Assembly: GCA_023416745.1 (NCBI GenBank)
Contig: JAEZHF010000022.1
Coordinates: forward strand, 168-64,167
DNA from: Bacillota bacterium
GTDB lineage: Bacteria; Bacillota; Clostridia; Christensenellales; SZUA-584
DNA: 64,000 nucleotides
Reading direction: 5' to 3'
Shown: piece by piece, positions 55,123 through 63,523 of the stretch
Layout of the letters: the number at the start of each line of letters is the position of its first letter
Numbering within the stretch: position 1 is the first letter of the stretch
Notes under the pieces: generated by a model
What the model was told of the DNA's origin: nothing
Seen by the model: the letters and a program-made list of their open reading frames with translations, nothing else
The model's database searches: none
Translations under genes and position numbers: made by a program

Positions 55123-56199
55123 TCAGATAACTACCAAGCCCTTCAATTTGTCCCCTTTACCGAATTTCATAAATTGAATGCCTTGTTCCGTTTCCTCGAG
55201 AGAGAATTTGTGCGTCACTAACTTGTCGAGCTTGACAAAGCCATTCTCGACTGCTTTGATTGCCATCGGCCACACCAGCGGTGCCAGCCAGGCAAATTTA
55301 ATCGTCTTGTCCGACTGAATGGCTTCCAGCGCAGGCACCTCGATCTTGTCGTCCGCTCCCGGCAGCCCAAAGTATACGATGGTGGCGCCGGCGCCGGATA
55401 CCGTCAGCGCATCCTGCAGCGCCTGCTTGGAACTGGTGGGCACGATCACCTTATCGGCCATTTTGCCGCCCGTCAGCTCACGGATGCGCCCGTTGATGTC
55501 GTCCGAATAGTATTTTGATGCCGTGTCCTTCACGTTGATCGCATAGTCGGCGCCCAGTTCCAGCGCGACGCCCAGCGGATAATCCCGCGTACCCACGATA
55601 GCCACTTTACCCGCACCGAGCGACTTGATCAGCTGCACCATCATGATGCCGATGGGGCCCGGCCCGAACACCACCACAAAGTCGCCCGCCTTCACGTCCA
55701 GCTTCTTCACGGCGTAAGAGCCGCAGGCCAGCGGTTCAATGATCGCCGCGTCCTCGAAGGACATCTCATCGGGGATTTTGTATACATGGGTGTAATTGAG
55801 CTTGCAGTATTCCGCGAACGCGCCGTTCACCGTTACGCCGGGAACCACCGAGTTCGGGCAGATGTTGAACTTGCCCTCCGCGCACATCGGGCAGGCGTTG
55901 CACTGCATTACCGGGTTGCACGTCACGCGGTCGCCTGGCTTGAACAACCCGAGCGAAGCGGGCAGCGCGCCCACCTCAACGACCTCGCCGCTGAACTCAT
56001 GCCCCAGTACCAGCGGACCTTTTCCGTCCGCCGTGCCGAGCGGACTGTGTCCATAGTAATAGGAGATATCTGATCCGCAGATGCCTGTGGCCTTCACCTT
56101 GACCAGCACCTCGTTGTCCGCGATCTTCGGGATATCGATCATTTCCATCTTCATGACTTCGGCTTCGTAGAAAACCTGAGCCCGCATCTTACCTTCCAT
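55123..56199 (-). CDS. zinc-dependent medium-chain alcohol/polyol dehydrogenase
   Basis: 358 aa. GICGSDISYYYG, GHEFSGEVVEVG, structural-zinc Cys cluster CNACPMCAEGKFNIC, VVFGPGPIGIM Rossmann motif. GGGAGG lies 8 nt upstream of ATG 56199. Confidence 0.88.
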   Translation of the reverse strand: MEGKMRAQVFYEAEVMKMEMIDIPKIADNEVLVKVKATGICGSDISYYYGHSPLGTADGKGPLVLGHEFSGEVVEVGALPASLGLFKPGDRVTCNPVMQCNACPMCAEGKFNICPNSVVPGVTVNGAFAEYCKLNYTHVYKIPDEMSFEDAAIIEPLACGSYAVKKLDVKAGDFVVVFGPGPIGIMMVQLIKSLGAGKVAIVGTRDYPLGVALELGADYAINVKDTASKYYSDDINGRIRELTGGKMADKVIVPTSSKQALQDALTVSGAGATIVYFGLPGADDKIEVPALEAIQSDKTIKFAWLAPLVWPMAIKAVENGFVKLDKLVTHKFSLEETEQGIQFMKFGKGDKLKGLVVI

Positions 56200-56217
56200 A
56201 ATAACCGGCCTCCCTCT

Positions 56218-57111
56218 TCAGAATTTTCCGTTGATCTCTTTGTCAACGAAGTCCTTGCACTGCGCGGTTACTTCCCACGCATCGCCCCATTCGCACAGGT
56301 CGATGGCCCACCAGTCGCCGGTGTAATGTGCTTTGTCCAGCAGCGCGGGAATCACTTCGTCGAAGTTGATCACGCCGATGCCGAACGGCGCGTGCGTGCT
56401 GGTATTCTGCTCGTTGAGCGAGCTGTCCGAGTCGATCACATGCACCACGCCGATCAGGCCGTCCAGCAGCTCACAGTATTCCACGATGCCGCCTTCCAGC
56501 TTGCAGCCTTCTTCGATGTGGTTCGCGCCGACCACCGCGCCCATGTGCGCATGGCAGGTGTCGAACAGTATCTTGAAGTTGGGCTCGTTCACCGCCTTGG
56601 TCACCTCGGCGACGTTCTTGGGCTCATTGATGATGAAGCCCGGCTCAAACTCCCAGACCACCAGCAGGTTCTTCTCCGCCGCGATCTTCGCGCATTTCTT
56701 GAACAGGTCCACATAGTAGGCCTTCACTTCGTCGTACGTCATGCCTTCCGGCAGCACCGGCGGCGCGTCGGAGTCCACACGGATGATGCCAAAGCCCATC
56801 TTGTCGCAGAAGTCCACGTTCTTCTTGAAAATGTCCAGATACTCCTGCCCCTGCTTAAAAGCGTTGACGCTCCACATATCGGCGGCGAAATCCGCCACTT
56901 CCAGCTTGTTGTCCGCCAGTATGGCTTTGAGCTCGGCCATCTTTTCGGGAGTCCCCCAGTCGTCCGGATGCGCGTGCGGCTTGAATCCGCCCAGGCTGAT
57001 GCCGTCGAAACCCAGCTTATTGAGCCTCTGGCACAAGTCCTCAAGCTGAATCGGGTTTTTCGCATATTCTCCAAAAGTATATGCCCAGCTTCCAATCGAT
57101 ACTTTTTTCAT
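56218..57111 (-). CDS. xylose-isomerase-like TIM-barrel protein
   Basis: Start at ATG 57111 (MKKVSIGSWAYTFGEY) 8 nt after AAGGAG. VWEFEPGF, LFDTCHAHM, VHVIDSD. Confidence 0.85.
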   Translation of the reverse strand: MKKVSIGSWAYTFGEYAKNPIQLEDLCQRLNKLGFDGISLGGFKPHAHPDDWGTPEKMAELKAILADNKLEVADFAADMWSVNAFKQGQEYLDIFKKNVDFCDKMGFGIIRVDSDAPPVLPEGMTYDEVKAYYVDLFKKCAKIAAEKNLLVVWEFEPGFIINEPKNVAEVTKAVNEPNFKILFDTCHAHMGAVVGANHIEEGCKLEGGIVEYCELLDGLIGVVHVIDSDSSLNEQNTSTHAPFGIGVINFDEVIPALLDKAHYTGDWWAIDLCEWGDAWEVTAQCKDFVDKEINGKF

Positions 57112-57157
57112 GGCAACCACTCCTTATCACTTTTTTAAAAATATCAAGGGAATGAAA

Positions 57158-58579
57158 CTATTTACCGAGTTCACCGAAACGCGCCATGATGGCCAAAGCC
57201 GGGTCCACCGGAACATCGGCGCGCTTCACGTCTTTGGGTATGCTGATCACGGGCGTCTTCTTGATGGCCTTGCCTTCAAAGGCGGGCAGCCACTGCCGCT
57301 GCGCCTCCAGCATTTCGCTGCACATCTCCCGCGCCTCGTTTAAGGTGCACTGTGTGGAGGTCAGCGGGTCCAGCGCGGCGGCCGCGACGATCATCTCCGT
57401 GTCGCAGTCCATCGCCGCTTTCACGCCCAGCCCCTGCACGTTGATGTTGGTCATGTTGAGCGCGGCGCACTGCGGCGGCAGCGCTCCCACCCGCACCGGA
57501 TGCAGGCCGAGCGCGTCCACGTAGATGGGGCCTTCAGCGCAGCAGTCATAAGGCAGGTTGGATATGATGCCGTTGTTGCGGATGTTGCCATTCAGCTTGA
57601 ACACCTTGCCCGTCTCCATCGCTTCCACGATGTAGGAACCGTATTCGATGCTGCGCGACGGCAGCTCCAGCGGCTCGTTCTCCAGCGCCAGCTCGCTCTC
57701 ATACTTGTGGGCGACATGCGCGCACCAGTTGTAGTAAGCGCCGCTCTCGCCGCCGAATGCCGGCTCGTCACAGTAGAGCTCCAGCGCCCGTTTGCTGGAA
57801 CGGAACCAAGGCAGATATTCGGACAGATGCCCGGTAGATTCAGTCATGAAGTACCCGAACTGGCGCATCGCCTCACCGCGTACCTTCTCGTTGACATAAT
57901 AACCCGGCAGCTCGAACCGCTCTTTGAGCAGCGGATACAGGTCTTTGCCGTCCTTCTTTATCTCGAGGAACCACGCCATGTGATTGATACCCGCGCACAG
58001 ATAGTCGATCTCGTGCTTGGGGACGTCCACGTAACCGGAGATGAGGTCCAGCGTCGTCTGCACACCGTGGCACAGCCCCACAAAGTTGACGCCCGTGGTT
58101 CCCAGCGCCCAGCAGACCATTGCCATCGGATTGACGTAGTTGAGTATCAGAGCGCCCGGCGCGGCGTACTTCTTCACTTCTTCCGCGATGTCTACGATCA
58201 CCGGTATACTGCGCAGCGCGCGGAACAGGCCGCCCGGCCCCATCGAATCGCCGATGCACTGATCAATACCATATTTGAGCGGTATCTTGTAGTCCAGCTC
58301 AAACGCCGAAACGCCGCCCACCTGGAACGTTGTGATGATGAACTTGGCGTCTTTGATCGCGTCTACGCGGTCCGTGGTGACGTAAACGGAAGCCTTAAGC
58401 CCGTTGTGCTCAATGACCTTTTTGATATACCGCTCCACCTGTGTCGATTTATTCGTGGTGAGCGCCATCAGAGCGAATTCAGTATCGTCCATACCCGGCG
58501 TGGCCAGTATGTCCAGAATAAGAGTTTTGCAGAATACAATACTGCCCGCGCCAATAATAGCAATCTTTCTCTTAGCCAT
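57158..58579 (-). CDS. glycoside hydrolase family 4 (NAD+/Mn2+-dependent alpha-glucosidase/alpha-galactosidase type)
   Basis: 473 aa. KIAIIGAGSIVF dinucleotide fold, NYVNPMAM, FVGLCHGV (catalytic Cys-His region). Colinear with AglA/MelA-type GH4 as I recall them. Confidence 0.85.
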   Translation of the reverse strand: MAKRKIAIIGAGSIVFCKTLILDILATPGMDDTEFALMALTTNKSTQVERYIKKVIEHNGLKASVYVTTDRVDAIKDAKFIITTFQVGGVSAFELDYKIPLKYGIDQCIGDSMGPGGLFRALRSIPVIVDIAEEVKKYAAPGALILNYVNPMAMVCWALGTTGVNFVGLCHGVQTTLDLISGYVDVPKHEIDYLCAGINHMAWFLEIKKDGKDLYPLLKERFELPGYYVNEKVRGEAMRQFGYFMTESTGHLSEYLPWFRSSKRALELYCDEPAFGGESGAYYNWCAHVAHKYESELALENEPLELPSRSIEYGSYIVEAMETGKVFKLNGNIRNNGIISNLPYDCCAEGPIYVDALGLHPVRVGALPPQCAALNMTNINVQGLGVKAAMDCDTEMIVAAAALDPLTSTQCTLNEAREMCSEMLEAQRQWLPAFEGKAIKKTPVISIPKDVKRADVPVDPALAIMARFGELGK

Positions 58580-58811
58580 GATCTTCGTCGACCTTTCCGA
58601 TATTTTATTGTTTAGTGTTATGCCTAATGGCTATCAAACCGCTTTTTCCTTGAGTGTAAAACTGTTTGTTGACCCGGACCATAATTTTGTTTACTTGATT
58701 TAAGCTCGTTGATTGATAAGGGCTAAAGTATGTCGCTCCGGGCTGCTTATTCTACCGGTTTTTTGTTTATTTGACTTAGATTATAAACTTGTTAAAAAAT
58801 AAGGTGTTGGT

Positions 58812-58823
58812 TTATACGATTAA
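58812..58823. promoter_or_regulatory. operator-like CG-centred 12-mer (site 3 of 5)
   Basis: TTATACGATTAA, just downstream of the predicted -10 of the GH4 promoter. Confidence 0.4.
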
Positions 58824-58836
58824 ATTGTATGTTCAT

Positions 58837-58865
58837 ATTATTGCATATATTACGAGTTGTGTCAA
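58837..58865 (-). promoter_or_regulatory. candidate promoter of the GH4 operon
   Basis: Minus strand: TTGACA (complement of 58860-58865), 17 nt of spacer, AATAAT (complement of 58837-58842). Bracketed by two copies of the CG-centred 12-mer. Confidence 0.5.
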
Positions 58866-58868
58866 GGT

Positions 58869-58880
58869 TTAATCGTATAA
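58869..58880. promoter_or_regulatory. operator-like CG-centred 12-mer (site 4 of 5)
   Basis: TTAATCGTATAA, the exact reverse complement of site 3, 3 nt upstream of the -35. Confidence 0.4.
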
Positions 58881-59011
58881 GTTCATTTATTTTTGGTTTA
58901 AAGCGGATGACGGTCCGTTAATTTTATAAACTCCGGAACCAAGAGAGGGTTTGCATGCCCCTCCCGGCTCCGCGATACATGCCTCTGAGATTTAGTGCAG
59001 GCCGCAACATT

Positions 59012-59854
59012 TTACAGGTATTTCCGTATGAATTCGAGGCCCTTGACCGCTATCTCATCAGTATTCTCAACAAACGGACGCCACAGTCTCAGCAGCGGCA
59101 GCGTTTCCGGAACATTCGCGTTGAAGGCCTCAACCACCACGCAACCCTCGTAGCCGCCCTTCTTCAAAGTTTCGAACACCTCAGGCGATATAGCATGACC
59201 GTATCCGGGTATGCCTCTGTTGTTTTCCGAGATATGCACATGGTGTATCTTATCGATCACTTTCGCCCACGCCTGCGCTGTATTGTATTCTTCAATATTG
59301 CTGTGATGCGTGTCTGCCAGAATCCCCATTGTGTCCACGCCAACCTCTTCGCAGAACTCATAAGCCTGCTCCACGGAATTCAGCAGATACATCTCAAAAC
59401 GATTCAGCGGTTCAGCCGCCAACTTGATGCCTTTTTCCTTTGCGAGAAGTGCACATTCCCGCAGCCCTTCCACAGCATATTTGCGTTCATCGGCGGAAGG
59501 TCCCGTCTGCGTGGTGTTGCATAGTCCCTGAAACATCGGTCCGCTGAACACCTTGGCACCAAGATCGCTGGCTTTGCCAATGCAGCTTTTCAGGAAGCCG
59601 ATCGCTTTCTGGCGCATGGCGGGATCCGGGCTGATGATGTCCATATCCGACGCCACATAAACGTCCAGTGCACACGGCTGAAGCATAAGCTCCTGGGCTT
59701 TTCGAGCAAAGAGGCTGACTTCTTTGGCATCCAGCCCTCCCACGCCGATCTCAAACGCGTCGTAGCCCCAATCTTTGATCTTGTTAAGGATAGGGCTATG
59801 CTTTGCAAATTCCGGAGTTGCTGTCCACAACAAAAGGTTAATGCCAACTTTCAT
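59012..59854 (-). CDS. xylose-isomerase-like TIM-barrel protein resembling ketose 3-epimerases (DTE/DAE family)
   Basis: 280 aa. MKVGINLLLW, AAEPLNRFEMYLLN (LNRFE as in tagatose/allulose 3-epimerases), ILADTHHSNIEE, HHVHISENNRGIPGYG, VVVEAF. Confidence 0.75.
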   Translation of the reverse strand: MKVGINLLLWTATPEFAKHSPILNKIKDWGYDAFEIGVGGLDAKEVSLFARKAQELMLQPCALDVYVASDMDIISPDPAMRQKAIGFLKSCIGKASDLGAKVFSGPMFQGLCNTTQTGPSADERKYAVEGLRECALLAKEKGIKLAAEPLNRFEMYLLNSVEQAYEFCEEVGVDTMGILADTHHSNIEEYNTAQAWAKVIDKIHHVHISENNRGIPGYGHAISPEVFETLKKGGYEGCVVVEAFNANVPETLPLLRLWRPFVENTDEIAVKGLEFIRKYL

Positions 59855-59894
59855 AGTGAATCTCCTTCTTTCATTTTATTGAAACGATTTATGG

Positions 59895-60551
59895 TTAACC
59901 GATTGCGGCACGCAACTCGGCAGCACATTCCTCAAGGTCTCGGCCTTCTATAAACAAGCTGGATGTTCCGGCGACATAGATATCCGCTCCGGCTGCCCGC
60001 ATCTTTCTGGCATTTTCTATGCTGACATTGCCATCCACCATTATCCGGACATCACGTCCGTCCAGCAGCTGCCTGACATTAGCTATCTTCTCCAATGTCG
60101 CCGGGACAAGCTTCTGGCCGGCAAAACCGGGGTTCACCGTCATCACCAACACCACACCGATGTCGTCTATCACATAGCGCAGCGCATCGATGGGCGTTGC
60201 GGGATTGAGCGCCACCGCAGCCGTCGCGCCAGTATCTTTGATTTGCTGCAAAGTTCTTTGCAGATGGCAGGTCGCCTCCGCGTGTACGCTGATGATATCG
60301 CCTTTACGCGGTTCAAATATGCTGATGTGCCGCTCAGGTTCACAGACCATCAGGTGTATATCACACGGTATATCCGACATCCTTCGGATATTTCTCACAA
60401 AGTCCGGCCCCAGCGTAAAGTTAGGAACAAACCGGCCGTCCATGATATCGATGTGCAGATATTCAATCTTTGCCTGCTCCAGCTTTTTGATGCTTCCTCT
60501 GATGTCCGCAAAATCGACGCACATCAGAGAGGCTGCAATTTTTCCTGCCAT
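59895..60551 (-). CDS. ribulose-phosphate 3-epimerase family protein (Rpe/AlsE-like)
   Basis: 218 aa. YLHIDIMDGRFVPNFTLGP, DIHLMV, VLVMTVNPGFAGQKL, MVDGNV. GGAGG RBS. Confidence 0.88.
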   Translation of the reverse strand: MAGKIAASLMCVDFADIRGSIKKLEQAKIEYLHIDIMDGRFVPNFTLGPDFVRNIRRMSDIPCDIHLMVCEPERHISIFEPRKGDIISVHAEATCHLQRTLQQIKDTGATAAVALNPATPIDALRYVIDDIGVVLVMTVNPGFAGQKLVPATLEKIANVRQLLDGRDVRIMVDGNVSIENARKMRAAGADIYVAGTSSLFIEGRDLEECAAELRAAIG

Positions 60552-60563
60552 GCCAACCTCCGC

Positions 60564-61601
60564 TTATGGATTGACGACCACGCGCATACCCTCGTGCCCT
60601 TCCGCGGCATCAAACGCCTCGTTGATATCATCCAGGCTGAAGTGATGCGATATGTAGTCGTTAACGTTAATCGCTCCCGATGCGATAAGCTCGACCGCCT
60701 TGCCGTGGTGGATGGGCAACGCGCCATGTGCGCCATGCACAAAAAGCTCCTTGTAGTGAATGATATTTGTATCCAGCGTTACCATGGATTTATCCTTGGG
60801 CAACCCGCCAAACAGATTGACGCGCGCGCGGTTTTTGGCCATATGGATAGCGTCCGCCTGCGCCTGCGGGCTTGGATTGGCCGTTATCACCACATCCGCA
60901 CCCAAACCGTTCGTCTCGTCCAGCACCCGCGCAACCGCGTCTTCTTCCGAAGAAAGCACGTAGACATCTGCGCCGAAACGCCGCGCGTATTCCAGCCGCG
61001 CTTTTGAGCGCTGTACAACGATCACCTTGGTCGCCCCCATTCGCCGCGCCACGCCGATGATCATGCACCCAATTGGCCCGGCGCCAATGATGACGACGGA
61101 ATCCCCCAGACGAATATTGGAAAGCTCCAGCGCGTTGAGCACACACCCCAGAGGCTCAGCCATGGCCGCCTCATCATACGAAACGTGCTCGGGGATTTTG
61201 TGTACCGGTCCAAAATTGACGACAATCCGGTTTAGCAGCACATATTCGGCAAAGCCGCCAGCAAACTGATAACCCATCGCATAGTTTATCTGGCAGTTAT
61301 TCCCGATTCCCGCCTCACAAAACGCACATTCGCCGCACGGCACATCTGCGCCTATCGCTACCCTGTCGCCTTCCTTAAATTTCGTGACGTTTTTCCCAAC
61401 CTTGACAACCTGTCCCGCAATCTCATGCCCGATAATCTGCGGCATTTGAACACGGCTGTTTCCGCTGTGATAGATTCGGATGTCTGATCCGCATACGGCA
61501 CAAGCCTTAACGCGCACGAGAACGCTGTCCTGATCAACCTCGGGAGTGGGCACTTCCTTGACGACCAGTTTATTATAGTCTTCCAATACAGCTGCTTTCA
61601 T
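60564..61601 (-). CDS. zinc-dependent medium-chain polyol/alcohol dehydrogenase (sorbitol-dehydrogenase-like)
   Basis: Start set to ATG 61601 (MKAAVLEDYNKLVV) 9 nt after GGAGG. CAVCGSDIRIYHSG, GHEIAGQVVKVG, CGECAFCEAGIGNNC, VIIGAGPIGCM. Confidence 0.88.
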   Translation of the reverse strand: MKAAVLEDYNKLVVKEVPTPEVDQDSVLVRVKACAVCGSDIRIYHSGNSRVQMPQIIGHEIAGQVVKVGKNVTKFKEGDRVAIGADVPCGECAFCEAGIGNNCQINYAMGYQFAGGFAEYVLLNRIVVNFGPVHKIPEHVSYDEAAMAEPLGCVLNALELSNIRLGDSVVIIGAGPIGCMIIGVARRMGATKVIVVQRSKARLEYARRFGADVYVLSSEEDAVARVLDETNGLGADVVITANPSPQAQADAIHMAKNRARVNLFGGLPKDKSMVTLDTNIIHYKELFVHGAHGALPIHHGKAVELIASGAINVNDYISHHFSLDDINEAFDAAEGHEGMRVVVNP

Positions 61602-61787
61602 AGGTGCCAACCTCCATATATTAGTCGATAAAAACCATAACTAGCTGTAGATTTCCGTTTGTCCCATATCATTCTCAATGTATCCCGGCAGTTTTTCAGA
61701 GGCACACGGACTTCCTCGTATATAGGGTCACCAACATTGTGCAAACAAATGCCTTCAATATTCGAAACTCCTAGGTGGGTTTAAGAT

Positions 61788-61799
61788 TTATACGTATAA
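61788..61799. promoter_or_regulatory. operator-like CG-centred 12-mer (site 5 of 5), perfect palindrome
   Basis: TTATACGTATAA, about 10-20 nt downstream of the -10 of the 61.8-kb promoter. Confidence 0.4.
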
Positions 61800-61808
61800 G
61801 TTATTCTC

Positions 61809-61837
61809 ATTATAACAGATAGGTATGCGAATTTCCA
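61809..61837 (-). promoter_or_regulatory. candidate extended -10 promoter of the Zn-ADH/epimerase operon
   Basis: Minus strand: TGGAAA (complement of 61832-61837), 17 nt of spacer, TATAAT (complement of 61809-61814) preceded by TGT. This leaves a leader of about 190 nt. Confidence 0.5.
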
Positions 61838-62340
61838 CTCTTTTTATAAAAATAATATGTCTTATCCGAAAAATAATATAGCGTGCTGGGAAACTCAGAA
61901 CTTGAAATCTTGATATGTGCCGTGAGATGCAGTGCAAAAACCATTGTGTCAATAACAAGCTTCTAATTTGGCAAAGTAACCACCTATTGATAAAATGCAC
62001 CGCCCAAAAGCAAATCGTAAAAAAGCTGCACCGCTCTTGCATACCTCCAACTCTTACATTCACGCATGGATTACCGTAGTTCCTGAACCGCAAGCTGAGT
62101 CTATAAAGCTACAATCTTTGATACAATCGAATACGGCGGTTCTTGCCCACCGTGAAGTCGGCAGAGGAGCAAACCGCTTGACACAAGGGCTTTCTGCGGT
62201 CAAAGGCTGACCGAGAGAGCCTTTTTCTTTCTCTGAAATTCGTGGTCGGCGTGGTCGTTTTCCGCGCTTCGGTTGTCGCTGTTATAGTTTATGCATACCC
62301 TCTTGCAGCTTAATCGGGTAATCGTTAAAAGGTTCTCTTC

Positions 62341-63018
62341 TCAAAACTCTGCATCTTCATTCGTCAGAACTGCTTCTAAAAAAGCTACATCAGCTTTGAC
62401 GGTTTGCAATTTGGAATAATCTGTTTCGGGTAAAACATTTTTAAGTATTGGCAAGCTCTCCGCAAGGTTGTTTTTTCGATAACCTACCACTGGGTCTGTA
62501 ATGAGTTTAAAACCAAAATCGGAGTATAGCTTTACCGCCCTTGCACCTGTAGGATGCGTGTGAACATATATTGGATAGTCCGTATCTTTCATTACTTTTC
62601 CAAGTAATGCGCGACCAAGACCTCTGCCTTCGTAATCAGGTAACGTTCTAAACCAAGAGACTGTTTGATTTTTCCGTATGACCGCCAGATAAAACAAGTG
62701 GCCACAGGCTTGCCATCAGGGTCACATACAAACGTACAACGCTTAAAGAACTCGTCCTTGTGTTGTGCGTAGAATTTATCGTAATAATCAGAAACATAAT
62801 TCACATAGGGTTCTTCAACTGCTACGCGCTTCCAAGTTTCAAGTTCATCTCCTGCATAACCTGAATGAATACCCGCTCGGCAAGTCTCTAAGCGCGGATT
62901 TGTTCAGCGTTTCGCACATCATAAATATATTGAAATCACCAGCCGCCCCGTATGTTTTGGCACCGGCTAAGCTCGCAAAAGCGATATAATCCTTATTTTG
63001 GGGTTTGTATTTATTCAT
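62341..63018 (-). pseudogene. GNAT acetyltransferase gene broken by two frameshifts
   Basis: Three consecutive minus-strand pieces read as one protein. Piece 1: ATG 63018 after GAGGGA, MNKYKPQNKDYIAF...LPSGYSFRL, stop 62845. Piece 2, +1 frame: SGYAGDELETWKRVAVEEPYVNYVSDYYDKF...ATCFIWRSYGK, track ORF 62592..62804. Piece 3: NQTVSWFRTLPDYEGRGLGRALLGKV...FGFKL, track ORF 62341..62697. The second shift maps to an A5 run (complement of 62669-62673). Confidence 0.6.
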
Positions 63019-63084
63019 TTAACTTCCCTCGACCCTACTTATTATCGTTTCGGACAAGGCGCTCTAATACGGCGGAAATCGCAG

Positions 63085-63366
63085 CTATGCCAATCGAAAA
63101 CGCACCAAGGCTCCGATAAGAATTAAGCCTGGCGCGTTGTCTGCTTCGGCGAACAGTACGCCTATAACATACAGTGCTAAACCATCTGTTACTATTATTA
63201 ACACACATAACCCTAAATGCAAATTTATTTCATATTTATCCTTGTTTGTTTTCAATATAAGACTGTTAGCCTTCCTTTTTATACTCCCATTAAAGAATTC
63301 ATCCAGTAAAACCGTTAATATGGCTTTACAAAGGCGTTTCAAGTAAAAATAACGGAAGTAGTTCAA
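63085..63366 (-). CDS. doubtful small hydrophobic ORF (93 aa, TTG start)
   Basis: Track ORF. Its TTG start lies in the loop of the 63351-63385 hairpin, and no RBS is visible. The C-terminal half is hydrophobic (LGLCVLIIVTDGLALYVIGVLF). Confidence 0.2.
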   Translation of the reverse strand: MNYFRYFYLKRLCKAILTVLLDEFFNGSIKRKANSLILKTNKDKYEINLHLGLCVLIIVTDGLALYVIGVLFAEADNAPGLILIGALVRFRLA

Positions 63367-63385
63367 ATGTTTAACTACTTCCGTT
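63351..63385 (-). terminator. 13-bp perfect-stem hairpin with a downstream T-run on the minus strand
   Basis: AACGGAAGTAGTT-caaatgttt-AACTACTTCCGTT. On the minus strand it is followed by ATTTTTAC. It is placed after the 63524..63892 ORF. Confidence 0.5.
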
Positions 63386-63523
63386 TGTCTTAAATGACCG
63401 AGAATGATACAATTTAACGGTTACCCGGTTCTAGTGGTCGAGGGGGTGCATTTTCGTAGAGGGGGGTGCAAAAACTCTTCCAGCTTGGGTGTATCCTCGA
63501 TTTCTGCCTCAGACCGCAACGCG

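Noticed and set aside
61611-61808. The ~190-nt leader of the Zn-ADH/epimerase operon, considered as a riboswitch or antiterminator.
   Set aside because: I could identify no conserved riboswitch core, no terminator/antiterminator alternative pairing, and no RAT/PRD-type regulator gene. It is only noted within the operon finding.
62040-62340. GC-richer patch in the AT-rich flank with nested stems (GCGGTT...AACCGC around TGCC...GGCA) and a weak hairpin plus T-run (AAAGGCT...AGCCTTTTTCTTT). Considered as a small RNA, or as a gene remnant (minus-strand frame reads ...RERKRLSRSAFDRRKPLCQAVCSSADFTVGKNRRIRLYQRL-stop).
   Set aside because: I recognise no RNA family and see no promoter. The stems are short and the protein-like frame has no start and no recognisable domain. 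A covariance-model scan and a tblastx search would be needed. Left unannotated.
63085-63366. 93-aa ORF, considered as a type I toxin or holin-like membrane peptide.
   Set aside because: Its only possible start is a TTG sitting in the loop of a strong hairpin that looks like the terminator of the upstream gene. No RBS is visible. It is kept only as a low-confidence feature.
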